A stretch of DNA of 64,000 nucleotides from Escherichia coli (GCF_003334315.1 NZ_QOWR01000004.1); one strand, 5' to 3'; counted from the first letter of the stretch, positions 35,346-47,434 are shown. Translations and numbers: made by a program. The notes: generated by a model from the letters alone, not told the origin.

Positions 35346-36110
35346 ATGCGTTCGATTGCCAGACGTACCGCAGTGGGAGCTGCACTATTGCTTGTCATGC
35401 CAGTAGCCGTATGGATTTCTGGCTGGCGTTGGCAACCTGGAGAACAAAGTTGGCTACTAAAAGCGGCTTTTTGGGTTACTGAAACTGTCACCCAGCCCTG
35501 GGGCGTCATTACACATTTGATTTTATTCGGCTGGTTTCTCTGGTGTCTGCGTTTTCGCATTAAGGCTGCCTTTGTATTATTTGCCATTCTGGCGGCCGCA
35601 ATCCTTGTGGGACAAGGCGTTAAATCCTGGATCAAAGACAAAGTCCAGGAACCACGACCTTTTGTTATCTGGCTGGAAAAAACACATCATATTCCGGTTG
35701 ATGAGTTCTACACTTTAAAGCGAGCAGAACGCGGAAATCTAGTGAAAGAACAGTTGGCTGAAGAGAAAAATATCCCACAATATTTGCGTTCACACTGGCA
35801 GAAAGAGACGGGGTTTGCCTTTCCTTCCGGTCACACGATGTTTGCTGCCAGTTGGGCACTGCTGGCCGTTGGTTTGCTGTGGCCGCGTCGGCGAACGTTA
35901 ACCATTGCTATCTTGCTGGTCTGGGCAACGGGAGTCATGGGAAGCCGCCTGCTGCTCGGGATGCATTGGCCACGCGATCTGGTAGTAGCTACGTTGATTT
36001 CGTGGGCGCTGGTGGCGGTGGCAACGTGGCTTGCGCAACGAATTTGTGGGCCATTAACACCACCTGCGGAAGAAAATCGCGAAATAGCGCAACGAGAACA
36101 AGAAAGTTAA
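35346..36110 (+). CDS. pgpB: Phosphatidylglycerophosphatase B (PAP2 family)
   Basis: 254-aa ORF; PAP2 motif PSGHTM, multi-TM; matches recalled PgpB. Confidence 0.95.
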   Translation: MRSIARRTAVGAALLLVMPVAVWISGWRWQPGEQSWLLKAAFWVTETVTQPWGVITHLILFGWFLWCLRFRIKAAFVLFAILAAAILVGQGVKSWIKDKVQEPRPFVIWLEKTHHIPVDEFYTLKRAERGNLVKEQLAEEKNIPQYLRSHWQKETGFAFPSGHTMFAASWALLAVGLLWPRRRTLTIAILLVWATGVMGSRLLLGMHWPRDLVVATLISWALVAVATWLAQRICGPLTPPAEENREIAQREQES

Positions 36111-36258
36111 CGCTGGTTGATTTTCCGAATTTAGCCCTTAAATCATCAACAATGCGTGTGGATGCCATTTCGCAGACGGCGCGAAAATGGTACTTTAAAG
36201 GGCTATTGCGGTAAGTTGACCATAATTTATTCGCTCTAACCACATAACGGGAAGTAAT

Positions 36259-36567
36259 GTGAAATATTTACTCATTTTCTTACTGGTGTTAGCGATCTTC
36301 GTGATTTCGGTCACGTTGGGTGCGCAGAACGATCAACAGGTGACGTTTAATTATCTGTTAGCGCAAGGGGAGTACCGTATTTCCACATTGCTGGCGGTAT
36401 TGTTTGCTGCGGGGTTTGCTATCGGTTGGTTGATTTGTGGCCTGTTCTGGCTGCGAGTTCGTGTTTCCCTGGCGCGCGCTGAACGTAAAATAAAGCGACT
36501 GGAAAACCAGCTTTCACCCGCGACTGACGTGGCTGTAGTGCCGCACTCGTCAGCGGCGAAGGAATAA
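36259..36567 (+). CDS. lapA: Lipopolysaccharide assembly protein A (YciS)
   Basis: 102-aa ORF from GTG at 36259; two TM helices; directly upstream of lapB. Confidence 0.88.
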   Translation: MKYLLIFLLVLAIFVISVTLGAQNDQQVTFNYLLAQGEYRISTLLAVLFAAGFAIGWLICGLFWLRVRVSLARAERKIKRLENQLSPATDVAVVPHSSAAKE

Positions 36568-36573
36568 CTTTCT

Positions 36574-37743
36574 ATGCTGGAGTTGTTGTTTCTGCTTTTG
36601 CCTGTAGCCGCTGCCTATGGCTGGTATATGGGCCGCAGAAGTGCGCAACAAAACAAGCAAGATGAAGCCAACCGCTTGTCGCGTGATTACGTAGCGGGGG
36701 TTAACTTCCTGCTTAGTAATCAACAGGATAAAGCGGTAGACCTGTTTCTCGATATGCTTAAAGAGGATACAGGCACCGTTGAAGCCCACCTTACGCTCGG
36801 AAACCTGTTCCGTTCGCGTGGCGAAGTTGATCGCGCTATTCGCATCCATCAGACCCTAATGGAAAGCGCCTCGCTGACCTATGAACAGCGTCTGTTGGCG
36901 ATTCAACAACTGGGGCGTGATTACATGGCCGCCGGGTTATATGACCGCGCGGAAGACATGTTCAATCAGCTGACCGATGAAACTGACTTCCGCATTGGCG
37001 CGCTGCAACAGTTGCTACAAATCTACCAGGCTACCAGTGAGTGGCAGAAAGCAATTGATGTTGCCGAACGCCTGGTGAAGCTGGGTAAAGATAAACAGCG
37101 CGTCGAAATTGCCCATTTCTACTGTGAGTTAGCCCTGCAGCACATGGCCAGCGACGATCTCGATCGTGCCATGACCTTGCTAAAAAAAGGGGCGGCGGCA
37201 GATAAAAACAGCGCCCGCGTATCCATAATGATGGGACGCGTGTTTATGGCGAAAGGAGAATACGCCAAAGCCGTCGAAAGTCTGCAACGCGTGATATCCC
37301 AGGACAGAGAACTGGTCAGCGAAACGCTGGAAATGTTGCAAACCTGCTATCAGCAGTTGGGTAAAACTGCCGAATGGGCAGAATTCCTGCAGCGTGCGGT
37401 GGAAGAGAACACCGGTGCCGATGCTGAATTGATGCTTGCTGATATCATCGAAGCACGCGACGGTAGTGAGGCCGCACAGGTCTATATTACGCGCCAGCTT
37501 CAGCGTCATCCGACCATGCGTGTGTTCCATAAGTTAATGGATTACCACTTAAATGAAGCGGAAGAAGGGCGTGCCAAAGAGAGCCTGATGGTGCTGCGTG
37601 ACATGGTTGGCGAGAAGGTACGTAGTAAGCCTCGTTATCGTTGCCAGAAATGTGGTTTTACCGCATACACCCTCTACTGGCATTGTCCGTCTTGTCGGGC
37701 CTGGTCAACCATTAAACCGATTCGCGGTCTTGATGGCCTGTAA
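36574..37743 (+). CDS. lapB: Lipopolysaccharide assembly protein B (YciM), TPR protein with rubredoxin-like C-terminus
   Basis: 389-aa ORF; N-terminal TM, TPR repeats, C-terminal CQKCGF...CPSC metal-binding motif. Confidence 0.93.
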   Translation: MLELLFLLLPVAAAYGWYMGRRSAQQNKQDEANRLSRDYVAGVNFLLSNQQDKAVDLFLDMLKEDTGTVEAHLTLGNLFRSRGEVDRAIRIHQTLMESASLTYEQRLLAIQQLGRDYMAAGLYDRAEDMFNQLTDETDFRIGALQQLLQIYQATSEWQKAIDVAERLVKLGKDKQRVEIAHFYCELALQHMASDDLDRAMTLLKKGAAADKNSARVSIMMGRVFMAKGEYAKAVESLQRVISQDRELVSETLEMLQTCYQQLGKTAEWAEFLQRAVEENTGADAELMLADIIEARDGSEAAQVYITRQLQRHPTMRVFHKLMDYHLNEAEEGRAKESLMVLRDMVGEKVRSKPRYRCQKCGFTAYTLYWHCPSCRAWSTIKPIRGLDGL

Positions 37744-37936
37744 TTTTTAAAAAAAATCCGACTTTAGTTACAACATACTAATTATTAATGTTCCATTGTG
37801 CTCCGGCAACGACGGCGCAGAAAAAGCCTGCCAGGGGAGAAATCGCAACTGTTAATTTTTTATTTCCACGGGTAGAATGCTCGCCGTTTACCTGTTTCGC
37901 GCCACTTCCGGTGCCCATCATCAAGAAGGTCTGGTC

Positions 37937-38674
37937 ATGACGTTAACTGCTTCATCTTCTTCCCGCGCTGTTACGAATTCTCCTGTGGTTGTTGCCCTTG
38001 ATTATCATAATCGTGATGACGCGCTGGCCTTTGTCGACAAGATCGACCCACGCGATTGTCGTCTGAAGGTCGGCAAAGAGATGTTTACATTGTTTGGGCC
38101 ACAGTTTGTGCGCGAACTTCAACAGCGTGGTTTTGATATCTTTCTTGACCTGAAATTCCACGATATCCCCAACACTGCAGCGCACGCTGTCGCTGCTGCA
38201 GCTGACTTAGGCGTGTGGATGGTGAATGTTCATGCCTCTGGTGGGGCGCGTATGATGACCGCAGCGCGTGAGGCACTGGTTCCGTTTGGCAAAGATGCAC
38301 CGCTTTTGATTGCTGTGACAGTGTTGACCAGCATGGAAGCCAGCGACCTGGTCGATCTTGGCATGACACTGTCACCTGCAGATTATGCAGAACGTCTGGC
38401 GGCACTGACGCAAAAATGTGGCCTTGATGGTGTGGTGTGTTCTGCTCAGGAAGCTGTGCGCTTTAAACAGGTATTCGGTCAGGAGTTCAAACTGGTTACG
38501 CCGGGCATTCGTCCGCAGGGGAGTGAAGCTGGTGACCAGCGCCGCATTATGACGCCAGAACAGGCGTTGTCGGCTGGTGTTGATTATATGGTGATTGGTC
38601 GCCCGGTAACGCAATCGGTAGATCCAGCGCAGACGCTGAAAGCGATCAACGCCTCTTTACAGCGGAGTGCATGA
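37937..38674 (+). CDS. pyrF: Orotidine-5'-phosphate decarboxylase
   Basis: ATG at 37937 gives 245 aa [23 protein letters not shown]...; catalytic [10 protein letters not shown] region present. Confidence 0.95.
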   Translation: MTLTASSSSRAVTNSPVVVALDYHNRDDALAFVDKIDPRDCRLKVGKEMFTLFGPQFVRELQQRGFDIFLDLKFHDIPNTAAHAVAAAADLGVWMVNVHASGGARMMTAAREALVPFGKDAPLLIAVTVLTSMEASDLVDLGMTLSPADYAERLAALTQKCGLDGVVCSAQEAVRFKQVFGQEFKLVTPGIRPQGSEAGDQRRIMTPEQALSAGVDYMVIGRPVTQSVDPAQTLKAINASLQRSA

Positions 38675-39000
38675 TGAGTGATTCCAACAGCCGTCTGGTC
38701 TACTCAACGGAAACCGGACGTATTGATGAGCCCAAAGCGGCCCCTGTACGCCCTAAAGGCGACGGTGTGGTGCGTATTCAGCGTCAGACCAGTGGACGTA
38801 AAGGTAAGGGCGTTTGCCTGATTACCGGTGTCGATCTCGATGATGCCGAACTGACAAAACTTGCAGCGGAACTGAAGAAAAAATGCGGCTGCGGCGGAGC
38901 AGTTAAAGATGGAGTTATTGAAATCCAGGGCGATAAGCGTGATTTATTAAAATCACTACTTGAAGCGAAAGGGATGAAGGTAAAACTCGCAGGCGGTTAA
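38674..39000 (+). CDS. yciH: SUI1/eIF1-family translation initiation factor homologue YciH
   Basis: 108-aa product [21 protein letters not shown]...; ATG overlaps the pyrF stop; an in-frame ATG one codon upstream (38671) is an alternative start. Confidence 0.88.
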   Translation: MSDSNSRLVYSTETGRIDEPKAAPVRPKGDGVVRIQRQTSGRKGKGVCLITGVDLDDAELTKLAAELKKKCGCGGAVKDGVIEIQGDKRDLLKSLLEAKGMKVKLAGG

Positions 39001-39004
39001 CATA

Positions 39005-39033
39005 AAAAGCCACGGATATATCCGTGGCTTTCG
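39005..39033. terminator. Bidirectional terminator between convergent yciH and osmB
   Basis: Near-perfect inverted repeat aaagccacgga-tat-tccgtggcttt with A-run upstream and T-run downstream. Confidence 0.85.
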
Positions 39034-39125
39034 AATATTTTACTGTGCGTATTATTCAGTTATTTCGTACTGAACAGAATCAAGCGTATTATAATTGCGA
39101 GTCGATAATCGACATTTATTTACGA

Positions 39126-39344
39126 TTATTTACCGACCTGGTGACCAATAACACCACCGACAGCTGCACCACCTAATGTACCCAACGTACTGCCATCGGT
39201 CAGTACTGCACCGCCTAATGCCCCTGCACCCGCGCCGATTGCGGTGTTGCGGTCCCGTTTAGACCAGTTAGAACAGGCACTCAGAGACATTGCCAAAGTA
39301 ATTGCCAGAACAGCCGCGGTCATTTTTTTGCTCGTTACAAACAT
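39126..39344 (-). CDS. osmB: Osmotically inducible lipoprotein B
   Basis: 72-aa ORF; signal peptide with lipobox LSAC; Gly-zipper repeats (GAGAGALGGAV...GGAAVGGVIG). Confidence 0.93.
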   Translation of the reverse strand: MFVTSKKMTAAVLAITLAMSLSACSNWSKRDRNTAIGAGAGALGGAVLTDGSTLGTLGGAAVGGVIGHQVGK

Positions 39345-39612
39345 AATACTCTCTCCTGAATTTATGATTCACGGAAGTAAGCTCTCTATAACTATAATAG
39401 CTAAGAATAAGCCTGGTGAAATTATTCCGTGAAATCTGCTCGCGCGCAGGGTTATATCACGCAGGTGATAATGACTTCCTGTTATATCGCTGATAATAAT
39501 TTTATATCTTGAGAGTGTTAATAACAGGTAAATAGTCTTAATTATCAACCAGGAATCATCTTAGAGCGGATGATTTGCCAAACTGCAAATCATCCGTAGA
39601 GAAGGGAAATGG

Positions 39613-40362
39613 TTAAATGTCAACGACGTGAACGGTGAGTTTACTGTGCTCAAGATGCATCAGATCGCTGGCGCGTATTTTCGAATCGGTAATCACGCGA
39701 TTGAATCGCTCAACGGGACCGATGGAGTATGAATGTACAGCACCAAATTTCGAGCTGTCAGTCAGGACTATCGCTTCGCACTCTTTTTCCAGCACGGCAT
39801 TGACCACATCGGTACGCATCATATCGCGACCGGTAAATCCAGTTTCAGGTTGCCAGCCATCAATACCAATAAATGCTTTGCTGAAATGCACCTGTTGGAT
39901 GCACTGGCGTGTCAAAGGGCCAACCATACTTTCGCTTTTTTTCTGATACACGCCACCGAGCAAAATAACTTCACAAGGCGCGTCTTTCAGCAAATGCGCG
40001 ATGTAGCTGCTGACCGTGATGATAGTGACATTTTTCTTCTGCTCGCCCAGAGTCCGGGCGAGTAGGGCATTGCTGCTGCCATTTTCGATAAAGATGGTTT
40101 CGCCCGGTTGAACCAGCGACGCGGCAAACTCGGCGAGTTCACGCTTCAGCGTATAGTTGCTCATCATACGGGTTTCGACGTCATCACTATCAAGCGAAAC
40201 AGCAAAGCCATGTGCACGGCGGAGGTAACTCAGTTTTTCGAGTGTGTTGAGATCCTGGCGAATGGTAACTTCAGAAACTCCAGTGGCTTTTGCCAGATCG
40301 GTTACGCTAACCTGACCCTGGTCAATGACCATCTGTAGAATAGTTTGTTGTCGGGAATTCAT
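39613..40362 (-). CDS. yciT: DeoR-family transcriptional regulator YciT
   Basis: 249-aa ORF; N-terminal DeoR HTH ([21 protein letters not shown]) and sugar-phosphate-binding-like C-terminal domain. Confidence 0.9.
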   Translation of the reverse strand: MNSRQQTILQMVIDQGQVSVTDLAKATGVSEVTIRQDLNTLEKLSYLRRAHGFAVSLDSDDVETRMMSNYTLKRELAEFAASLVQPGETIFIENGSSNALLARTLGEQKKNVTIITVSSYIAHLLKDAPCEVILLGGVYQKKSESMVGPLTRQCIQQVHFSKAFIGIDGWQPETGFTGRDMMRTDVVNAVLEKECEAIVLTDSSKFGAVHSYSIGPVERFNRVITDSKIRASDLMHLEHSKLTVHVVDI

Positions 40363-40451
40363 CGCTGTAATTCTTATAACGTTATAATACTTAATAAAAA
40401 AATACTGACGCGCCGGGCATCCTCAAATAGGAAAACCTGAAGGCACGATTG

Positions 40452-40625
40452 TTAAATCTCCCACGGTGCCTTCGGGATGTCTGGCGTAGATTCAGCAACC
40501 TGGCGCAAGAGTTCTGCTTTAAGTATCTCGAGATTATGGATCGCAGAGTGGTAATCGCCTGCCACAAGGATATCTAACACAATATCAATACGTTCGGCAA
40601 CGCGCTGGGCATCAAATTCAGACAT
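40452..40625 (-). CDS. yciZ: Small protein YciZ (UPF0509, 57 aa)
   Basis: Internal ATG at 40625 gives [57 protein letters not shown]. Confidence 0.75.
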
Positions 40626-40771
40626 CAAGGACATCCTTATAGCAAAAGTGGAAAATGAATAATGCAAAAATTGCCGCTAAAAGAGAAGTGTTTAACAGCA
40701 ACGGCTAATTATCATCCAGGAATACGATATATAATGACGGGATATAGCGCTAAGTATATATATTCATCTAC

Positions 40772-42757
40772 TTATGCGCGCTTCAGATAGCGTTTATACC
40801 AGCGTTCGAAGGCGACGGCGGGCATCGGTTTGGCAAACAAAAATCCTTGCCGCTCATTGATCCCGTTCTTGGTTAAAAAAGCATCTTCCTTTGCACTCTC
40901 TACACCTTCGGCGATCACCTGAAGATTCAATGCCTGGGCCACAGCGACGATCGCCCGGACCAGTGACTGCGAGACAGGTTGTTTGTGAATATCTCGAACA
41001 AAAACCTGGTCAAGTTTGATGGCATCGATCGGAAAGCGCGCCAGTTGCGAAAGTGAAGAGTAGCCGGTACCAAAATCATCCAGATGTACTTGCGCACCTA
41101 GTTGGCTAAATTGTTGAATAACAGACAGTGCCAGTTCATCATTCTCAATCAGACAACTCTCTGTCAGTTCAACATCTATAGGGCAGTATTCAAAATTGAG
41201 TTCCTGGAGAACCTGTTTCAGGGCGGTGAAAATGGTTTGATCGGCGAGCTGACGTGCAGAAATATTTACCGCCACTCGCAGGTTAATGCCTTTATCCCGC
41301 CACTTCGCCACCTGGCGTACGACATCGAGAATCACCCAACGGCCTAAAGGCACAATTAGCCCTGACTCTTCGGCGTAGGAAATGAAATCCAACGGTGGAA
41401 TCAACCCACGTTCAGGTGACTGCCAACGTACTAGTGCTTCCAGACTGCGCACTTCGCCACGCCAGGTGATTTTCGGTTGATAGTGAATAACCAACTGATC
41501 GTTTTCCAGTGCTTTACGCAAGTTGGTATCCAGCCAGAGATATTCAAATACCCGCTGATTCATTTCTGGAGTAAAAACGCAAAATTGTCCTCGTCCGCCT
41601 TCCTTCGCTGTGTACATTGCTGTGTCGGCGTGACGAATAATAGCCGCGCTGTCCGAACCATGTTCGGGAGAGAGTGCAATACCTACTGAACAGCTGGTAT
41701 AAACTTCAATTAAACCAATACGAAAGGGGAGGCGTAAGCGGGTCAAAATTCGTGATGCCATTGCTTCCAGCGCGCTTTGTGAGGTATTGGATGCCAGTAC
41801 CAGAAACTCATCGCCACCTGGATGCGCCAACACCTGGTCATGTTCGAGACAGCTTAAAATAGCCAATGACACGTCGCGTAATAACTGGTCACCAAACAAA
41901 TGCCCATAGGCGTCGTTGACCTTTTTAAAATTATCCAAATCAAGATACACAACCCCAACTTTATTGTTATCTGCATGATTAATAGCGTGATCGATTAACT
42001 CCTGCATTGCGTTACGATTCGGCAGTCCGGTGATACTGTCGGTATTTGCCAGAATACGCAGTCGCTCCTGAGCGCGGCGCTCTTCGGTAATGTCGGTACC
42101 GGAACAGATTAAAAAAATCTCGTTTTTGCCACTGCCGCTGTGGACAAATTTATTGCGAAACAGAAACAGCCGCTGGCCTTTACGTGTTGGTATCCACAGT
42201 TCGACTTCATATGCATTGCCGCTTCGAAAAAATACACGGTTATTGCGCCTGGATGCCGCAGCTTCACGACGGCTCATAAACAGTTTAAACACGCTTTGCC
42301 CAATGACGTCGTGTTCTTTCAACCCTGTGTAATCTTCACATAAGCGATTGAAGCGTTGAATATTCCCCCGGCTGTCGAGAATGACTATTGCGGAATGTGC
42401 TTCAGAAACTACCTGCTCAGCAAAGGAAAGCCCGTGTGATAAATCACGAGCAACCGCCGGTGTGTCATGCCATGCAGACGCGTTGCCAGCCCATTCCCGT
42501 TTATTGATTTTTCGTCCTACCAGATGCACAGAAAGATCGCTTTCATCGACGGTCAGACTCATCATCAGGCTGGAGGTGATGACCGTCATTTCCCTGATTC
42601 GAGCAGCCTGTTCGGCAGATAACTGCAACATACGTTCAGGTTCTGTGGTTTCGGTGGTAGAAAAGCGCAAAACATCGCTGCTTTCCGTCAACCGCCAGTA
42701 TGAATTGTGCGATCCGAGAAAGTTGTACAACGTTGTGGACTCCCTAACGGTTTTCAT
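40772..42757 (-). CDS. pdeR: Cyclic-di-GMP phosphodiesterase PdeR (Gmr/YciR), PAS-GGDEF-EAL
   Basis: 661-aa ORF; GGDEF motif (HPGGDEFLVL) and EAL motif (SLEALVRW) both visible; PAS region N-terminal. Confidence 0.95.
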   Translation of the reverse strand: MKTVRESTTLYNFLGSHNSYWRLTESSDVLRFSTTETTEPERMLQLSAEQAARIREMTVITSSLMMSLTVDESDLSVHLVGRKINKREWAGNASAWHDTPAVARDLSHGLSFAEQVVSEAHSAIVILDSRGNIQRFNRLCEDYTGLKEHDVIGQSVFKLFMSRREAAASRRNNRVFFRSGNAYEVELWIPTRKGQRLFLFRNKFVHSGSGKNEIFLICSGTDITEERRAQERLRILANTDSITGLPNRNAMQELIDHAINHADNNKVGVVYLDLDNFKKVNDAYGHLFGDQLLRDVSLAILSCLEHDQVLAHPGGDEFLVLASNTSQSALEAMASRILTRLRLPFRIGLIEVYTSCSVGIALSPEHGSDSAAIIRHADTAMYTAKEGGRGQFCVFTPEMNQRVFEYLWLDTNLRKALENDQLVIHYQPKITWRGEVRSLEALVRWQSPERGLIPPLDFISYAEESGLIVPLGRWVILDVVRQVAKWRDKGINLRVAVNISARQLADQTIFTALKQVLQELNFEYCPIDVELTESCLIENDELALSVIQQFSQLGAQVHLDDFGTGYSSLSQLARFPIDAIKLDQVFVRDIHKQPVSQSLVRAIVAVAQALNLQVIAEGVESAKEDAFLTKNGINERQGFLFAKPMPAVAFERWYKRYLKRA

Positions 42758-42947
42758 GATGCATATCCTCCGGTTAACAGCGGAGTCCGCGGTTAAATAA
42801 AAGGAACAACATGACTTACATGAAATTAACGGCGGCTAAACGCATTGTTTTTTTTATATATTTATTTGTAATCCAGTTTTGGAAAAACGCCAGTTTTCAA
42901 ACGAAAGTCAGTTAAAAAACTGCCGGGATATGATGAAGGTAGAGCGG

Positions 42948-42982
42948 GGAAATAAACGGCCCATTCATAAGGAATGGGCCGT
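42948..42982 (-). terminator. Intrinsic terminator after rnb
   Basis: Hairpin cggcccattc-ataagg-aatgggccg; the minus strand continues with TTTATTTCCCC. Confidence 0.7.
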
Positions 42983-42991
42983 GAAAGGAGA

Positions 42992-44926
42992 TTACGCGAC
43001 CGGGCGCGCAATAATGCTGCGGGTTTCCATGCGGACTTCGGCAATGGTGACGTCAATAACGTCAGTTACTTTATAAACCGTTTCACCTTTAATTTGTACG
43101 GTGCCGTTTTCCTGGCTGCAAACCATTTCATCGCGCACAGCGTGTAAGAAAGGTGCAGGAATAAAGGCGATAGCGCCGTTATCAACCAAACGAACACGCA
43201 TGCCGCCACGGCTGATATCGACAATTTCCGCCGCGAAACGGGTGTCGGTCCCGGCTTTGTCTTTCAGGAAGCGTGCGTATAACCAGTCACCAACATCACG
43301 TTCTGCCATCCGATTGAGACGGCGACGCTCGGCCATTTGGACAGTGATCTCATCCTGTGGACGCGTCGCAGTTTCGCCTTTGATAACCGCTTTCAGCAGA
43401 CGGTGGTTGATCATGTCGCCATATTTACGGATCGGCGATGTCCAGGTGGCGTATGCTTCCAGACCGAGGCCAAAGTGAGGACCGGGTTCAGTGCTAATTT
43501 CAGCAAATGACTGGAAGCGACGAATGCGGCTGTCGAGGAAACCAGTTGGTTGCGCATCCAGTTCACGACGCAGTTTGCAGAAACCGTCCAGCGTGAGCAC
43601 TTCTTCGGCATCGACATGCAGACCGTGCGTTTTCAGCAACGCTGCCAGCGCGTCGGCATTCGCCGGATCAAAGCCCATATGCACGTTATAGATGCCAAAA
43701 CCGAGCTTATCGCGCAGTACGCGGGCCGCACAAATGTTAGCGGCAATCATCGCTTCTTCGACGATACGGTTGGCAATGCGACGAGGCTCGGCGACGATAT
43801 CCAGCACTTCACCTTTTTCACCGAGAATAAAGCGGTAATCCGGGCGATCTTTAAACACCAGTGCGTGGTTATGACGCCACTCGCCGCGGCGTTGGCAAAT
43901 TTGCGCTAGCAAACGGACTTGTTCGGCAATTGCTTCACTTTCAGGCTGCCAGTCACCGGTATTTTCCAGCCAGTCAGAAACCTGGTCATACACCAGCTTT
44001 GCTTTGGATTCGATGGTGGCGGCAAAGAATTCGATATTATCTTCAATGGTGCCATCAGCGGAGAGCGTCATGCGGCATGCCAGTACCGGGCGGACTTCAT
44101 TGGCGCGCAGTGAGCAGAGATCGTCAGAAAGCTCGCGAGGCAGCATAGGGATGTTGAAGCCAGGCAGATAGTTGGTGAATGCGCGAATTTTCGCGGCTTT
44201 GTCCAGCTTGCTGCCTTCAGCAATCCACGCGGTTGGATCGGCAATCGCCACAATCAGCTGAAGTTTGTCATCCGGCAACGCCTTAGCGAAAAGGGCGTCA
44301 TCCATATCTTCTGTGCTGGCACTGTCGATGGTGACAAAATCCAGCGCGGTCAGATCTTCACGAACCAGACCTTCATCGAGCATTTCGGTAGCGACGCCGT
44401 CTGGTGCTTCTTTTTCCAGATTATGGCGTGCAAGGGTAACCCACCACGGTACAAAGTGATCGTCACCAAAAGTGATGTATTGTGTCAGTTCTGCATAGAA
44501 AGAACGATCGCCTTTCAGCGGATGACGGCGCATTTCGGCAACCGCCCAGTCGCCTTCTTTAAACTCGTGGTTCAGGCCACGGGCTGCGCGGCAAGGAATG
44601 GCGTCTTTTAAGAGTGGATGATCAGGAACGATGGCCAGACGGTCATTTTTGCCCTGAACCTTACCCACGAAACGAGTCAGGAACGGTTCAACCAGTTCTT
44701 CTGGCTCTGCGGATTCACGTTCTTTTTCACTGTGGATCACCGCGATAATTCGGTCGCCATGCATGACTTTTTTCATCTGCGGCGGCGGAATGAAATAACT
44801 TTTTTGCGCGTCGACTTCCAGGAAGCCAAAGCCTTTTTCTGTGGCTTTTACCACCCCTTCAGCGCGTGGCGTCTGGGAATGCAGTTGCTGTTTAAGCTGC
44901 GCTAGCAGCGGGTTGTCCTGAAACAT
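42992..44926 (-). CDS. rnb: Exoribonuclease II
   Basis: 644-aa [42 protein letters not shown]...; cold-shock, RNB and S1 domains; matches recalled RNase II. Confidence 0.97.
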   Translation of the reverse strand: MFQDNPLLAQLKQQLHSQTPRAEGVVKATEKGFGFLEVDAQKSYFIPPPQMKKVMHGDRIIAVIHSEKERESAEPEELVEPFLTRFVGKVQGKNDRLAIVPDHPLLKDAIPCRAARGLNHEFKEGDWAVAEMRRHPLKGDRSFYAELTQYITFGDDHFVPWWVTLARHNLEKEAPDGVATEMLDEGLVREDLTALDFVTIDSASTEDMDDALFAKALPDDKLQLIVAIADPTAWIAEGSKLDKAAKIRAFTNYLPGFNIPMLPRELSDDLCSLRANEVRPVLACRMTLSADGTIEDNIEFFAATIESKAKLVYDQVSDWLENTGDWQPESEAIAEQVRLLAQICQRRGEWRHNHALVFKDRPDYRFILGEKGEVLDIVAEPRRIANRIVEEAMIAANICAARVLRDKLGFGIYNVHMGFDPANADALAALLKTHGLHVDAEEVLTLDGFCKLRRELDAQPTGFLDSRIRRFQSFAEISTEPGPHFGLGLEAYATWTSPIRKYGDMINHRLLKAVIKGETATRPQDEITVQMAERRRLNRMAERDVGDWLYARFLKDKAGTDTRFAAEIVDISRGGMRVRLVDNGAIAFIPAPFLHAVRDEMVCSQENGTVQIKGETVYKVTDVIDVTIAEVRMETRSIIARPVA

Positions 44927-44993
44927 AATTGTCTATTTTGGTGGCCATTAGAGCGGCTGACAGTTTTACGCGAATCTGTCTGACGCGGCAAGG

Positions 44994-46121
44994 TTAATAT
45001 GTCTCACCCAACGCGATTTTTAAGCGATTTATCCAGCCACACAGCCCGCTCCATACCAGCAGATTAATAATCTGCGTTGATGATTTTTCGTGTTCGAGTA
45101 AAGGGCTGAACTGGGCGGCGCTAAAGCGATCGGGTGCTCGGGTCAGCCATTGTATCGCCTGAACGGTAGCGCGCTCAACAGAATGACGGTCAGCCCATTG
45201 GTTAATTTCATTTTCGCCCTTGCGCATAAGGGTGCTGATTTTTTTATATTCATTTGATGAATCCATACAGGTGGCAAAACAAGCAGGACTGCCATTTATA
45301 CGCGCGCATAACAACGCCGCAAGCTGATTATCCGGCTGTGTATTGCCCCGTGTGCTGTTTAACAACTTTTCGAGAAGGGAAAGTGAAATAGGGTGGAGAG
45401 AGAGTATTTCGGCCAGTTGGCAAAGTTCTGCAGTTGAACTTTTTGTGTGCTCTTCAGGTAGTTTTTCCACCTCATAGCTGCTTCGCCAGCGTAATGATTC
45501 ATCAGCAAACAGTGACGCGTCGGCGTAGTTTTGTATCTCCAGCCCGGGTAACCAGCGTACCGGATGCCCGAGATAAGCCTGAAATGTCGCAATTGTCCGC
45601 GCCTGAAAGCCAATAAAACCAATGATTTGGCTAATGATCACACAGTCCCAGGCAGTAAGACCGACGTCATTCAGATGCTGGCGCGATCGGTTGTCGATAA
45701 TAGAAGGCGAGCTAGCCAGTTGGCGGGCATATTGCGTGATTTGTGCCAACCGATGATTACTTTCCCTGGTGGAATCAGGCCCGGGGAGCGGCGTAAGTCG
45801 CGCCGAATAGTAGTTACATAACCGCTGGACGCCGCAAACCTGAGCAACCGTCAGGGCCGTCGACAAGCGTTCATAAGCGGTGAAGGTCTGTGAACGGGTC
45901 ACGGTAAGCTGGTCAGGGAACAAATCCACTGCAAGAACACGCGCAGGGTCCAGCCATGAAAGGAAGGGGGTCAGCGTTTCTTTTTCAAGGATCACGTCGA
46001 GTAGAAAGGGATCGCTGACCTTTGCGGCTTCCGGGACCAGAGGCAGAACGTCATACTCCGTAGTACTGGATTGCGTTTCATGATACCAGTGGCTTTTGCC
46101 GGTGATGTGGCGTTGTTCCAT
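44994..46121 (-). CDS. yciW: AhpD/CMD-like putative oxidoreductase YciW
   Basis: Internal ATG at 46121 gives 375 aa [19 protein letters not shown]...; matches recalled YciW. Confidence 0.85.
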   Translation of the reverse strand: MEQRHITGKSHWYHETQSSTTEYDVLPLVPEAAKVSDPFLLDVILEKETLTPFLSWLDPARVLAVDLFPDQLTVTRSQTFTAYERLSTALTVAQVCGVQRLCNYYSARLTPLPGPDSTRESNHRLAQITQYARQLASSPSIIDNRSRQHLNDVGLTAWDCVIISQIIGFIGFQARTIATFQAYLGHPVRWLPGLEIQNYADASLFADESLRWRSSYEVEKLPEEHTKSSTAELCQLAEILSLHPISLSLLEKLLNSTRGNTQPDNQLAALLCARINGSPACFATCMDSSNEYKKISTLMRKGENEINQWADRHSVERATVQAIQWLTRAPDRFSAAQFSPLLEHEKSSTQIINLLVWSGLCGWINRLKIALGETY

Positions 46122-46264
46122 GGGCGCTCCTTGGTTGTAAAGGAAATCGTTATCCTGACGCAAGGCGGGAAGGGGAGAAAGACGGATCGGCGATAACAAA
46201 TATCAGAAAGGTATAACAGAGATAACGGGCGGCAGAACGCCGCCCATCTTTACCAACAGAACGA

Positions 46265-47053
46265 TTATTTCAGTTCGAGTTCGTTCATTGCAGCAATGCT
46301 GAAACCGCCGTCAACGTGGACCACTTCACCGGAGATACCGGCAGAGAGATCGGAGCACAGGAATGCCGCAGAGTTACCCACATCTTCAATAGTAACGGTA
46401 CGGCGAATCGGGGTAACGGCTTCGCAATGAGCCAGCATTTTGCGGAAGTCTTTGATACCGGAGGCCGCCAGAGTACGGATCGGACCAGCAGAGATGGCGT
46501 TAACACGCACACCTTCCGGACCCATCGCGTTCGCCATATAGCGCACGTTCGCTTCCAGAGACGCTTTTGCCAGACCCATAACGTTGTAGTTCGGGATAGC
46601 GCGCTCAGCGCCAAGGTAGGAAAGGGTCAGCAGGGCAGAACCCGGATTCAGCATGGAGCGGCAAGCTTTTGCCATTGCAACGAAGCTGTAGGAGCTGATG
46701 TCGTGGGCAATTTTGAAGCCTTCACGGGTAACGGCGTTAACATAGTCACCATCCAGCTGATCGCCAGGTGCAAAACCAATAGAGTGTACGAAACCGTCAA
46801 ATTTCGGCCAAACTTTCCCCAGTTCAGCGAACATGGTGTCGATGCTGGCATCTTCTGCAACATCGCACTGCAGAACGATGTCAGAACCCAATTGAGCGGC
46901 AAATTCTTCTACGCGGCCTTTCAGTTTGTCGTTCTGGTAGGTGAATGCCAGTTCAGCTCCTTCGCGGTGCATCGCCTGAGCGATACCGTAGGCGATGGAT
47001 AGTTTGCTGGCAACACCGGTTACCAGAATGCGCTTACCGGAAAGAAAACCCAT
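46265..47053 (-). CDS. fabI: Enoyl-[acyl-carrier-protein] reductase (NADH)
   Basis: 262-aa [43 protein letters not shown]...; matches recalled FabI. Confidence 0.97.
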
Positions 47054-47217
47054 AGCTTTAATCCTTATTGTTGATGCTTGTTGTGCCTGAAAATCAGGCG
47101 ATTCGTCGTTTTAGTAAACAGTACGAACAGATAAACGGTTATTATAATCAACCTGGCTGTGAGTAGCTATAGTTGCCAGGTCCGACCGGAGCAGGCTGCG
47201 GCAGGGGGGGCGCTTTT

Positions 47218-47257
47218 CCCCTCACCCTAACCCTCTCCCCAGAGGGGCGAGGGGACC
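47218..47257. repeat. GC-rich imperfect palindromic repeat unit (family not assigned)
   Basis: cccctcaccctaaccctctccccagaggggcgaggggacc: nested ccctc / gaggg arms; a related unit (ccccctcgctctttcagggagagggtg) recurs at 47408-47434 overlapping the ycjD 3' end. Confidence 0.6.
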
Positions 47258-47299
47258 GTATTGTGCAAATATTGTTACCCCAGCAACAAACAGGCTCAT

Positions 47300-47434
47300 A
47301 CAGCCCCTAACCCTTTCATGGCGATGGCTGGGACGGTTCAGACCTTGCCGAATATTCTCCAGCACCGTCTCCATGTTTTCACCACAACAGCTATTCGGCT
47401 CGGTCTGCCCCCTCGCTCTTTCAGGGAGAGGGTG
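47300..47434. repeat. Degenerate tandem duplicate of the ycjD 3' end plus palindromic unit
   Basis: Segment 47328-47377 (cggttcag...gaatattctccagcaccgtctcc) is a near copy of 47436-47481 (cggttcag...gaatatgctccagcaccgtctcc), the last codons of ycjD; 22 of 24 identical in the core. Confidence 0.6.

Noticed and set aside
46316-47002. 228-aa plus-strand ORF antisense to fabI, with similar long antisense ORFs at 50163..50645 (inside sapC) and 55747..56226 (inside puuA)
   Set aside because: Each lies entirely within a well-supported gene on the opposite strand; the translations are Arg/His/Gly-rich low-complexity sequence typical of shadow ORFs in GC-rich coding DNA.
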